Shown one piece after another: positions 14,271 to 26,436 of a stretch of 64,000 nt of DNA. The notes beneath the pieces were generated by a model that searched no databases, was not told where the DNA came from, and was given only the letters and a program-made list of their open reading frames with translations. This DNA is from the human T2T-CHM13v2.0 reference genome, Homo sapiens: the NCBI RefSeq assembly GCF_009914755.1, contig NC_060926.1; one strand, given 5' to 3'. Each line of letters opens with the position of its first letter. Positions within the stretch are counted from its first letter, which is position 1. A program made the position numbers and the translations under genes.

Positions 14271-15739
14271 TGGTGAATTTAACCCCCACTGCATGGGCCT
14301 AAAGGACTTGTTACAGGTGCAGAGCTCGCGTGTTTGGAAACAGACTGAAGATCACCAAGCACAAAACTTTCACTTTCAAATGAGAAAATGTGGGGAACAG
14401 AAGATTCTAGAAGACACAGAGCACTGACTCTGGGAGTGTGGGTCTTGTGGTTGTCCAGGCTCCACCAGGAATAGAAGATGGAGGAGCTGAGCTGGCAGGC
14501 AGACAGTGAGGCAACAGCAGGAAGCCACTGTCACCCTAGGTGAGAGGTGACATCAGCTGAGCCCAGGGCTGGGGTCATGTGGTAGATACTGGGGCCATGG
14601 CAGGCCTGCCCAGCTGCAGTTGGAGGCAGAGCCGAGGGAGAAGTAGCCGGGCTTCCACCTTCTTACTCCTTCTGTCTCCTCCCAGAGCTTCCCACTGGCC
14701 AAGAGCCTCCAGAAGCCAGGGAATGCTGAGCCTGGGTACCCCGCCTGCAGACCTCAGGCCCACTCTGTGACCCGGAAGAGAGGGAAGAGCCGCAAAGGGA
14801 TCTGAGGGACAGGAGGCCCAAGACCTGGGCATCCAGAGAGCTGATTCTTCTGAGGTTTCAGAGGGAGAATGAAGCTCAGCTGGGCGGAGAGCCTTGCTCA
14901 GATGAGGAAGCAACAGAAACAAACTAGAACCCAGCTCTCCTGAGTCCCCATCCTACACTGCTGGCATGAATCACAGCCCAGCAGACAGATCCCAGCTGCT
15001 TCTGGTTTGGGCTCGTGTAGCTATTTCTCCCCTGGCCCTCGGGTCAGCTGCACTTACGGCATTTTAAGATTCAAATGGGGCAGGGCAAGGTGGGGAAGTC
15101 GGGGATGATAGAACACAGAAGACAGGTAGCCCTCGCCCACTATCTAGTGAAGAGACTCCTCTCCATGCTAAAGACACTGCATAGCACAGAAAAACAAAAG
15201 ACAAGTGCCTTTTGCCCTGAGAATTCCACAATGTGTGACACCCGAAGCTTCGGAAAACAGGGCTAGGACATGGGTTGTCACACACACCCTTCTCGGTTTG
15301 CATGTGGAGGAAGGTCAACGGCACAGCTATAAGGAAAACTGCATTCCTTGTGAAAGCAAGGGTTGGATGTCTGGAGCAACATCTTCAACCAGTGTTTTCA
15401 TTTACAGATAAAGAACCTGAGACTTGGAGAGGTGATGTGATTTGCCCGAAGCCACACGATGAGTTAGTGGTCAATCCATTCATCTTAATGTCAGCTAGAG
15501 CATCCCTCTGCCTGGTGACTGACTTCCCAGGGGCCACGAATGAAGGACGTGGGACAGTTAGTCAGGAAAAGGACCCGAGCCTCTGCCGTGCTTCCTCCAT
15601 GGCCTATTTAACCTTTGTGACCTTGTATAGCCTGCCTGGGCACAGCTGGCTGTTGATAACTAAGGAGCCAATCAACATCCAGAGCTGGGTGCCCAGGGCG
15701 AGGCAGCAGGTCCAGTTCTCACCGTGGCTCTGCTGCAAA

Positions 15740-15895
15740 GCCTAGGGCAGCAGCTGAGGGGCAGGCAGGGAGGAGCGCAAGAGGCAAAAGAGCAGGTGAG
15801 GAGGTGTTACCTGAAAGGGGTCCCCATCCAGACCCCAAGAGAGCGTTCTTGGATGTTGTGCAAGAAAGAATTCAAGGCAAATCCATAAAGTGAAA
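15740..15895 (+). repeat. 156-bp direct duplicate of 16910-17065 (unique flank + MER41B terminus at 15805-15895)
   Basis: Hand alignment gives about 19 differences in 157 columns (~88% identity), offset 1170 bp. Confidence 0.9.
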
Positions 15896-16973
15896 AGTCT
15901 CTGGCCAGACTTTGGGAAAGTCACTAAACACCAGTGCCCTGAGGACACAGTCACCTTTCAGTCTGCTTCCAGCTCTAGGGTTTAATGAAAGCTGTCAGCC
16001 ACTTGCGGTTCTGCCTCCCTTTTATCAACAGTGTCTGTTTGCAGAGCAGGAGCCATTCATCCCAGCGCTGTGCTTTCAGCTCTGTCCACTGACCCTCTGT
16101 CAATATTCAGCGCAACAGCAGGTCAGTGCCTTCCAGCCTGTGTCACTCAGCACATCATTAGCCGCAAAGTCACTGGAAGGACCGCATTCTCTGGATTGTG
16201 CTGTCAACTTTGACTTCCAAAATACCAGCACATGCAACACTTTACATAGTTCCCCATGAGTTGACCAACATTTGAAAAATCTAAAGAGATCACTCTGATG
16301 ACTCTTATGACACTGAAGGAAATATGCTTTTCATATTTAATCTAGGCTATTTATTTTCCCATGAGATAGCCAGAGAGGTGGAAATTCTGAGCATTCTCTT
16401 TACCTTAAGACATTTTTCTTGAGCTGATTTTTGTCTAGGAATGTCAAGATACTCGACACCCCAAGATCATGATCTAAGCATCTGGATAGAAATCAGGAGT
16501 TTGGCCAGCCCAGACCACCAGAAATTCCTGCTCAACAAACAAGTTATTTGCATCTAGGCCATAAGTTAGTTGTTGAAGTACTTTCTTTAATCTTCTCCTT
16601 AAGTGATGGTGAAACCCACTTGTGGTGGGCATTAAATGCTTAAAAGCAGAAGTTCAAAGAATGCATTTCGCTGTTCTCCATAGGGTTTGGCGCTGCCTCT
16701 TCAGAATAGAAAAAACAGGACACACCATGGAAATGGGTGTGTTTTGTTTCCAGAGGGAAGTTCTCTTGCTGATGCTGTCAGGAGCCAGTCCCTTTCTGCC
16801 AACTCAGCAAGGTCTCCTGGGGTTAGAGAAACAGTCCCCCCTGCAGTCAGTGAGAAGAATGAGTGGCTGAGGAGCCCTGGAAGGACAGTCTTGATGCTGC
16901 AGGCCAGGTGCCTAAGGCAGCAGCTGGGGAGGAGGCGGGAGGAGCGCAAGGGGCAGAAGAGCATTTGAGGAGA

Positions 16974-17614
16974 TGTTACTGGAAAGGGGTCCCCATCCAG
17001 ACCCCAAGGGAGAGTTCTTGGATTCTCGTGCAAGAAAGAATTCTAGGCAAATCCATAAAGTCAAAGCAAGTTTATGAAGAAAGTAAAGGAACAAAAGAAT
17101 GGCTACTCCATAGGCAGAGCAGCCCCTGAGGGCTGATGGTTGCCTATTTTTTATGATTATTTCTTGATTATATGCTAAACAAGGGGTGGATTATTCATGA
17201 GTTTTCCAGGAAAAGGATGGGCAATTCCCGGAACTGAGGGTTCCTCCCCCTTTTAGACCATATAGGGTAACTTCCTCATATTGCCACGGCTTTTGTAAAC
17301 TGTGGTGGTGTTGGTGGGAGTGTCTCTTAGCATGCTAATCATTATAATTAGCGTATAATGACCAGTGAGAACAACCAGAGGTCACTTTCATCACAATCTC
17401 GGTTTGGGTGGGTTTTGGTGGGTTTTGACCGGCTTCTTTACCACAACCTGTTTTATCAACAAGGTCCTTGTGACCTGTACCTTGTGCTGACCTCCTGTCT
17501 CATCCTGTGACTTAGAATGCCTAACCTCCTGGGAATGCAGCCCAGTAGGTCTCAGCCTTATTTTACCCAGCCCTTATACAAGATGGAGTCGCTCTAGTTC
17601 AAACGCCTCTGACA
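16974..17614 (-). mobile_element. Full-length MER41B solo LTR (ERV1)
   Basis: The minus strand begins TGTCAGAGGCGTTTGAACTAGAGCGACTCCATCTTG and ends GGACCCCTTTCCAGTAACA; 641 bp; TG..CA termini. Confidence 0.93.
17204..17233. promoter_or_regulatory. Tandem GAS (STAT1) motifs within MER41B
   Basis: TTCCAGGAA 17204-17212 and TTCCCGGAA 17225-17233 both fit TTCnnnGAA. Activity is untested. Confidence 0.7.
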
Positions 17615-17829
17615 GAAGGAACCGCCGAGGAAAAGTGCAGTACAGAGGAGCTATGGAGCACCCAAGGATGAGCCCCAAGGGCAGCAGATCTGAGTCAGAG
17701 GGCTGGGCATGAGTTCCTGGACAGTCCTCAGATAGACTTTCTAAACCAGAAAAGTGGGTGCACACACCCAAGGCAGTGCTTCTCAACCAGGATGTCAGTG
17801 AATTAAGCCCTAATGACTTACAGCATTCC

Positions 17830-17992
17830 TCATATGTAATGCATGATATGTGTGTATACACTGTGTGCAATACATACATACATACATGCAGCATCCGTTG
17901 TATGGAATACATTGTACCTATGTATACCTTGTGTAGATACTTATATACACACATAAGGCATTCATCATATCCATACAGACATAACATACAAA
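17830..17992. repeat. Low-complexity TA/CA-rich tract
   Basis: ATAC/TATG-like degenerate units. Confidence 0.6.
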
Positions 17993-18019
17993 CATTCTCA
18001 TGGACGAGGGTTAGTAGCG

Positions 18020-19135
18020 AGTACCCCAGGGACCATCGCCTTGTAAGGTAGCGAAGGAAGCAGGGCTGGGCAGAGGAGTTCTGCTGTGATGTAGGATGGA
18101 GTCACAGAGAGATTTCAGCCAATCCCAGGTCTCCACAGAGAGCCCTAGAATCGGGATGGCCCTTTGACAACGTCTGACCTCTGAGAAAAGAGGACCAAGA
18201 GTATGTACCCCTTTCATTCACCAATAATGGGACATGTGCTGCCCCAAAAAGGGGCATATCCTTGGGCGAGAAGGACTTCTTTGAGGGCGATATCTGAAGG
18301 ATTCAGCTGAGTGCAGCCAGCCTCTACTGCCCTCAATGAAACCGCCTTTGCAAAAATTATAAATGAGGAAATTATAACAGTGAAAGAGGTGAGACCTAAT
18401 TGGCTCCACCTTGCTTCTAACCTTTAAGCTGCCTTTGTTTATTCCTGGGCGTAGGCAGAACTAACCTTGGGAAGGAATTTAGTTTCTACTTTAACTCTGA
18501 AACAAAATTGATACTAGCCCTTTCCCAAAATTGATAATAGCCCTTTCCCCCTTCTTGCCTGGGGGACCAGTCTGCCTTTGTAGGACTAACAAATTGGATA
18601 CAAGATTATAAATTACAGCTTAAGGTCCATGCAGCCTCTAGCCGCAAGAGTCTGAACTTCCCCAAATTGCTCCTGGGAATGACATCACTGTTGTAAAACC
18701 TAAGATCAGTTCTTGAGATATTTTTCAGACCCTGCACTTGATGCACCAGCTGACACCACCCAGACCAGTAATCTGGCTCAACCAGTTCTGCGATCCTACT
18801 CAGGAAGTGAAGACAGCAAGAAAAATTCACTTCGACCCCCTGTGATTCCATCTCCAACCCAACCAATAAGCACTCCCCACTTTCCGAGCCCCTACCCACC
18901 AAATTATCCTTAAAAACTCTGATCCCCAAATTCTTGAGGAGACTTATTTGAGTAATAATAAAACTCCAGTCCTCTGCACAGCTGGCTCTGCGTGAATTAC
19001 TCTTTCTCCATTGCAGTTCCCCCGTCTTGATAAATCAACTCTGTCTAGGCAGCGCACAAGGTGAACCTGTTAGGCGGTTACCCCAGCAGCTGGGAATGAA
19101 TGCCTCCACCCTGAAGGGGCACCTGGGCATCAGGA
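18020..19135 (-). mobile_element. LTR16-like element interrupted by LTR8
   Basis: GAAGCAGGGCTGGGCAGAGG..GGGATGGCCCTT..; resumes CAGCAGCTGGGAATGAATGCCTC..CCTGAAGGGG after 19082. Confidence 0.55.
18337..19082 (+). mobile_element. LTR8-family (LTR8A-like) solo LTR (ERV1)
   Basis: Starts TGAAACCGCCTTTGCAAAAATTATAAATGAGGAAATTATAACAGTGAAAGAG; ends AAGGTGAACCTGTTAGGCGGTTAC. Confidence 0.85.
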
Positions 19136-19154
19136 GTCTCTTGAGATCAGTGTC

Positions 19155-20440
19155 TTTTTGTAGAAATTAACAAGTTGATTCAAGAATTCATATGGAAATG
19201 CAAAGAACCTAGAATAGCAAAAACAACTTTGAAAAAGAACAAAGTAGGACTTGCAAATATTTGACTTATTATAAAGTTACAGTTATCAAGACTGTGGTAC
19301 TGACATCAAGACAGATCCGTGAAACAAAATAAAGAGTCCAGAAATAGATCCAGGCATACTTGTCAAATATTTTTTCCTATAGGCAAAATTCAGTTGTCAT
19401 TTCAAAAAATGGTGCTGGTACAACTGGATATTAATAGGCAAAATAATAAACTTCAGTTCATATCTCACACCGTAAACAAAAATTAACCCAAAATGGATTA
19501 TGTTTTTGGTTTTTGTTTGTTTGTTTGTTTGTTTATGGAGATGGGGGCTTCTCACTATGTTGCCTAGTCTGGTCTTGAACTCCCGGCCTCAAGCGACCCG
19601 CCTGCCCCGGCCTCTCAAAGTGGTGGGATTACAGATGTGAGCCATCACACCTGGCCCCAAAATGGCCTCAATCATAAACTAAGGTATACAACCTAATACT
19701 GTAAAATGTATAGAAGAAGACAGAAGAAAGTCATCATGACCTTTGATTAGGCAAAGATTTCGTCAATACACATGACAGGCACAATCCATAAAAGAACATG
19801 TTGATAAATTGTACTTTATCAAAATACTACCGTTCTTAGCAACACACTATTAAGAGATGAAAAGGTAATCCATGGACTAGGAGAAAATACTTGCAAATTA
19901 AATATCTGATGAAGGACTGGTATCTTGAATATATACACAAACTCTCAAAACTCAATCATAAGAAAATGATAACCCAAATTTTTAAAAGGGCAAAAGACTT
20001 AGACACTTCACCAAAGAAGACATATAGACAGCAGATAAGCACAAGAAAAGATGATCCAACCATTCTCCTCCTAAGTATTTACCAAGAGAATGGAAGCATA
20101 TGTCCATACAAAGGCCTCTCCAATAATGTTCACAGCAGCTTTATTTGTAATAGTGAAACTCTGGAACCACCCAAAGGTCCACCAATAGATGAATAGATAA
20201 ACAAATTGTGACAAACCCATGCAAAGGAAAACTATTCAACAGTAAAAAGGAATGAACTATAGATAACACACAACAACACGGATGAATTTCAGAATAATTA
20301 TGCCAAATGTAAAAGCCAGATCAGAAAAGAGTACCTACCATATAATCCCATTTATGTAGAATTTCAGAAAATGCAAACTGGTCTATAGTGACAGAAAGCA
20401 GACCAGTGGTTGCTCGGGGATGGGGAGATGGGAAGGTTTA
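19155..20440 (+). mobile_element. L1M (ME/MD-like) ORF2 3' remnant and 3'UTR
   Basis: AATTCATATGGAAATGCAAAGAACCTAGAATAGCAAAAACAACTTTGAAAAAGAACAAAG; CTATAGTGACAGAAAGCAGACCAGTGGTTGC; reading frame disrupted. Confidence 0.85.
19502..19656 (-). mobile_element. FLAM / Alu left monomer
   Basis: Single antisense monomer with a (TTTG)n tail, inside the L1. Confidence 0.8.
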
Positions 20441-20500
20441 TCAAAATATTTTCCCAAACACAATTCACTCGAGCAAAAGAAATTCTGGTGCTAGCTGTTA

Positions 20501-20850
<350 letters not shown>

Positions 20851-21172
20851 GGCCGGGCACGGTGGCTTACACCTGTAATCCCAGCACTTTGGAGGTCGAG
20901 ACGGGTGGATTACGAGGTCAGGAGTTCAAGACTAGCCTGGCCAAGATGGTGAAACCCCGTCTCTACTAAAAATACAAAAAAATTATCCAGGCGTGGTTGC
21001 AGGCGCCTGTAATCCCAGCTACTCGGGAAGCTGAGGCAGAGAATTGCTTGAACCCAGGAGGCAGAGGTTGCAGTGAGCCAAGATCCGCCACTGCACTCCA
21101 GCCTTGCAACAGAGCAAGACTCCATCTCAAAAAAAAAAAAAAAGAAAGAAAGAAAAAAGAAAGAAAGAAAAA
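20851..21172 (+). mobile_element. AluS inserted in the tail of the previous Alu
   Basis: Alu dimer directly after an (AAAAG)n tail. Confidence 0.92.
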
Positions 21173-21312
21173 AATGTAAATAAATATCAAACAAAACCCT
21201 GGATAAACAAAAAACAATATTGAAAAAATCAGAGAAGCTCACGGCAATGAAAATCAACATATCTAGAATAACAATAGTTTTTGTTAAGGAAGACTGCTCC
21301 ATTGATTAATGT

Positions 21313-21695
21313 TGTATTAGTTTGCCAGGGCTCCTGTAAAAAAGTACCAAAAACTGGGTGGCTTAAACTGTAAAAATGTATTGTCTCCCAAGCCTGCATG
21401 CTAGAAGTCCAAGATCAAGGTGTCAATAGGGTTGGGTCCTTCTGAGGGTTCTGAGAGAATCTCAGAGAGAACCTGGGCTTCTCTCCTGTCTTCCCTCTGG
21501 ACATGCCCGTCTCTGTGTCCAAAGCTCCCCTTTTTATAAGGACGCCAGTTGTATTGGATGAGAATCCACCCTAATGATCTCATTTTAACTCGATTACCTC
21601 TTTAAGGACCCTTTCTGAATAAGGTCACATTGTCAGGGTCTGGAGCTTAGGACTCCAACATAGATTTTTCTGAGGGACATGATTCAACCCTAACA
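21313..21695 (-). mobile_element. MLT1B/C LTR
   Basis: TGTATTAGTTTGCCAGGGCT..CTAGAAGTCCAAGATCAAGGTGTC..ATTCAACCCTAACA. Confidence 0.8.
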
Positions 21696-22264
21696 GATGT
21701 TAAATGACTTACAGACCCTAACCCTGGGGCAGTGACAAGGGCAGTGGACTGAAAGTTAAAAAACCTTGGTTCTAGTTTTAGCTTGGCACTGTTTTTAGCA
21801 AGCCATCGATGGGGTGAACCGAAAGAGGGAAGGCACATCGGTCCCACATTTCATGCCATCGATGATCCTGGGTGGGTGTTCCCTGGATTGCTTGCTGGGT
21901 TTAGAAGAATTCTGAGGCTGCCTTTGGGCTCTACAAAAATGCTCTGATTAAGTCGAAGGTTTTCCACACTTGGGGCTGGCAGGCCAGGTCGCCCGAGATG
22001 CCATGGATTTGCCATCCTGACTTGGCTGATCACTAAGTTCCCGTTCAGTGGATTGAAGCTGCTCAAGAAGGACTTGGTGATTGATGTGAACCGGTATCAT
22101 TGTTAGTGTGATTACCGATCATGGCCATCAACAGAACATACATTCAGTACTTAGCGTTGTGCAGGACCACTTTCTCCCGTAGCCAAAGGCAGAAACATTA
22201 AGAGAAAGGAGAAGACCCAGGCCCCAAGATTCTTATTGGTACGTCTATATAAAAGAGCAGATGT

Positions 22265-22567
22265 GGCCAGGCATGGTGGCTCACGCCTGTAATCCCAGCA
22301 CTTTGGGAGGTGGAGGAAGGAGGATCACTTGAAGTCAGGAGTTTGAGACCAGCCTGGCCAACATGGTGAAACCCTGTCTCTACTAAAACTACAAAAATTA
22401 ACTGGGCATGGTGGCGTGCACCTGTAATCCTGGCTACTCTAAAGGCCGAGGCAGAAGAATCACTTGAAGCCAGGAGGCGGAGGTTACAGTGAGCCGAGAT
22501 CATGCCACTGCACTACGGCCTGGGAGGAGACAGAGTGAGACTCTGTCTCAAAAATAAAAAATAAAAA
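22265..22567 (+). mobile_element. AluS
   Basis: TSD AAAAGAGCAGATG. Confidence 0.92.
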
Positions 22568-22604
22568 GAGCAGATGCCACGTTACTTAAGCTCAATTAGT
22601 TCAA

Positions 22605-22752
22605 ACGGTCCTCTCTACCTCGACATTACAAACATGGGGCCTGTCCTGTGCATCGTATGACATGTAACCACATCCTCGGCCCCTCCCGCTAGATTCTAGG
22701 GCACTCTCTCCCAGTTGTGACACTCCAAATCCCCCACAGCTGGGAACCACTG
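22605..22752 (-). mobile_element. MER20 fragment
   Basis: CTGTCCTGTGCATCGTA..CCCAGTTGTGACA..GGGAACCACTG. Confidence 0.65.
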
Positions 22753-23205
22753 ATTTACATCCAGCAAGGTGATCTCATGGATTAATAATGTTCCAACTCA
22801 AACTTCAAGACTCTTTCCTCTGACAATTCTGTCTTCATGGAACAAGAAACTGCTTTGAAGAACCATGGCACAGTCGTGGCTAAAGCAGCTGTGACCATTT
22901 TTCAAAAATGGAAACCAATTAAAAACCTGGCACGGACAAATATGACCTCCAGCCATCTCAGGGCTCTTATATGAGCTCTGAAGTGGGCAGAATTTAGTGC
23001 CTTAAGCATACAGATTTCTAAGGGATGTGTGACTCAGACTGGTGCTTAAGTGCTGCCTTAGTGGACACTCGACACCAGCAGAATGTTTCTGACTCTCAGG
23101 CATTTCAGCTGATCTGCATGTGAACCTCAGCGCTGCCACTTACCAGCTGTGTGACACTTCCTCTCTGAGCTTCAGTTTCCTCCCTGCAAAGTGGGGATAA
23201 AGCTA

Positions 23206-23274
23206 TGTGGCAGAGACTGCTAATTGCCTGCCTTCTTATCCATTTTCTGCTTTCTCCTAATTAAGATAACCTGG

Positions 23275-23328
<54 letters not shown>

Positions 23329-23965
23329 TTTGAGACAGAGTCTTTCTCTGTTGCCCAGGCTGGAGTGCAGTGGCATGATCTCAGCTCCCTGCAACTTCCG
23401 CCTTCCAGTTTCCAGCAATTCTCCTGCCTCTGCCTCCTGAGCAGCTGGAATTATAGGTGCCTGCCACCACACCCGGCTAGTTTTTGTATTTTTAGTAGAG
23501 ACGGGGTTTCATCATGTTGGCCAGGCTAGCCTCAAACTCCTGGCCTCAAGCGACCCACTCTCTCTGGCCTCCCAAAGTGCTGGGATTACAGGTGTTAGCA
23601 ACCATGTCTGGCCCAGAGAACTTGGATTTTTAGTTGGCCATATTGCCAACAGAAAGAAGAGATTGAAGTTCACATCTTTATAAAGGTAGGGGAATGATTT
23701 TCCCTTCTACTGCCTTCCTTCTTCCTGTTGCTTGAAACAAGGATGTAACGACTGGAATTCTTGCAGCCACCTTGGACCCAAGAAGAAGCCTGGAGAAAAT
23801 GAGCCACGTGCTAAGGATGCAAAAAAATAAGAGTCTGGCTCCTTGATGACACCAGGGAGTCACGCACGTCTAGACTTCCTTTATGAGAAAGAGAAATATA
23901 ATTGCATTACTTAAGCTAATCTTACCTAAGTTTTTGGGTATATGCAATTCAACCTAATCCTAGCT
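23206..23965 (+). mobile_element. MLT1J/K-like LTR split by an Alu
   Basis: TGTGGCAGAGACTGCTAATTG..; GCAGCCACCTTGGACCCAAG..GAGCCACGTGCTAAGGATG. Confidence 0.6.
23275..23613 (-). mobile_element. AluS with perfect (ATT)18 tail microsatellite (23275-23328)
   Basis: Directly visible. Confidence 0.92.
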
Positions 23966-24528
23966 TGTGGTAAGGATCTTCAGACACAAACACAAAACTT
24001 CAAATGTGATGCTGGGTGCATTTATAATGGGGTCAAGACCAGTGGGTGTTCAGTCTGCCATGTGGGGGTAGATAATCATAAACAATTTTTTGCCTAGTCT
24101 TAAACATATTATTTTAATTTAAAATATACATTCATTCACCCATATTTTGAGTTGTTGTACCTGATTAGAATTTCCACGTCTGCTTAGAGTTTTGCAAATA
24201 CTAATTCACCCTTAGTAAGTCTTTTATCTAAAATAAAGTTGTTGTTTCAAGATAACTCTATTTCATTGGTCACATATGTATCATTAAGCTGTGTAATTAA
24301 AATAACCAGCACTACTGGTATAAACAGGTTCAGTAGGCATGCAGCTCTGTCAGTAGGAGCAGGCCGTGAGAAGCTTTTGGCCTGAGCAGCAGATATACTA
24401 AGTTTGATAAAGGAAAGGAGGTGGTCATTCTGTCAGTACCAGAGGAGAAAGAATTAGTTAATATCATTTGATGCACTGTACATATATTGTCTCATCTAAA
24501 CATCAGAGTTGCCAAGTTAAATCCTTGA

Positions 24529-24846
<318 letters not shown>

Positions 24847-25001
24847 TCAGAAAATCAAATTGAGGCTCAGGGATCTTAAGTATTTTGCCCAAATCACATA
24901 GACAGTAAGTGGCAGGGGAGGGATTCCAACGTTCATCTGTTGGGCTCCAAAACTTATGCTCTCTTCACTACATTATATTTCTGCTACACAAAAATAAGAA
25001 G

Positions 25002-25253
25002 GGCTGGGCATGGTGGTTCATGCCTGGAATCCCAGTTCTATGGAAGGCCAAGGAGGGAGGATACTTGAGCCCAGGGGTTCAAGACCAGCCTGGGCAACAT
25101 AGGGAGACTCCCGTCTCTACAAAAAATACAAAAATTAGCTGGGCATTGTGGCGCTTGCCTGTAGTCCCTGCTACTCAGGAGGCTGAGGTGGGAGGATCAC
25201 TTGAGACCAGGTGGTCGAGGTTGCAATGAGCCAAGATCGCATCACTGAACTCA
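25002..25253 (+). mobile_element. AluJ, 3'-truncated
   Basis: CTTGAGCCCAGG, GGTCGAGG; no tail. Confidence 0.85.
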
Positions 25254-25405
25254 AGAAAACACAGTTTATTGTGGTCTGGCAAATGTTAATGGATTCTCAC
25301 TGCTTTTTCTCATCTTATGCTTATGTTTTTATCCTGAAGCAATGGGAAATGGATGGAGGGTTTTAAGGAGATTCAGAGTCACATAAGAATTCAGGGAGCT
25401 ACCCC

Positions 25406-25865
<460 letters not shown>

Positions 25866-25897
25866 TTACTATGAGCATTTATTATGTGGGTTAGTGC

Positions 25898-26436
25898 TGT
25901 TGACAAAAAGAGTGAAACTCTGTGAAATATTTGAAGAGATTTATTCTGAGCTAATCTCAGTGAACAATGCCCATGACACAGCCCTCAAGAGGTGCTGAGA
26001 ACACATGCCTAAGGTGGCTGGATTACAACTTGGTTTTATACATTTTAGGGAGACATAGGCATCAGTCAGTACATGTAAGATGTACACTGGTTCAATTCGA
26101 AAAGGCAAGTTATTGTCCAAAGACCTAGAATCAATAGAAAGGAATGTCTGGGTTAAGATAAGGGGTTGTGGAGACCAAGTTCCCATTATGCAGAGGCAGC
26201 CTCCAGGGAGCAGGCTTTAGAGGGACTAGATTGTAAATGTTTCTTATCAGACTTAGAGTGTGTTCTATCAGTAATTCCAAAAGGGAGGAGGGTGTAATGA
26301 GGCATATCCAGCCCCACATTCCTGTCACAGCCTGAACTGGTTTTTCAGGTTGACTTTGGAAGGCCCCTGGCTGACAGGAGGGGCTCATTCAGAGAGTTAT
26401 GGGGCTTAGAATTTAGAGTTTTCTTTTTGGTTTACA
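25898..26436 (-). mobile_element. MER4-family (MER4B/D-like) solo LTR inserted in a MIR
   Basis: TGTTGACAAAAAGAGTGAAACTCTGTGAAATATTTGAAGAGATTTATTCTGAG..TTTTTGGTTTACA; flanks GTGC/GCAC are consistent with a CpG-decayed GCGC TSD. Confidence 0.8.

Noticed and set aside
19891-20196. 101-aa ORF with L1 ORF2-like words
   Set aside because: Decayed, frameshifted L1M remnant, not a gene.
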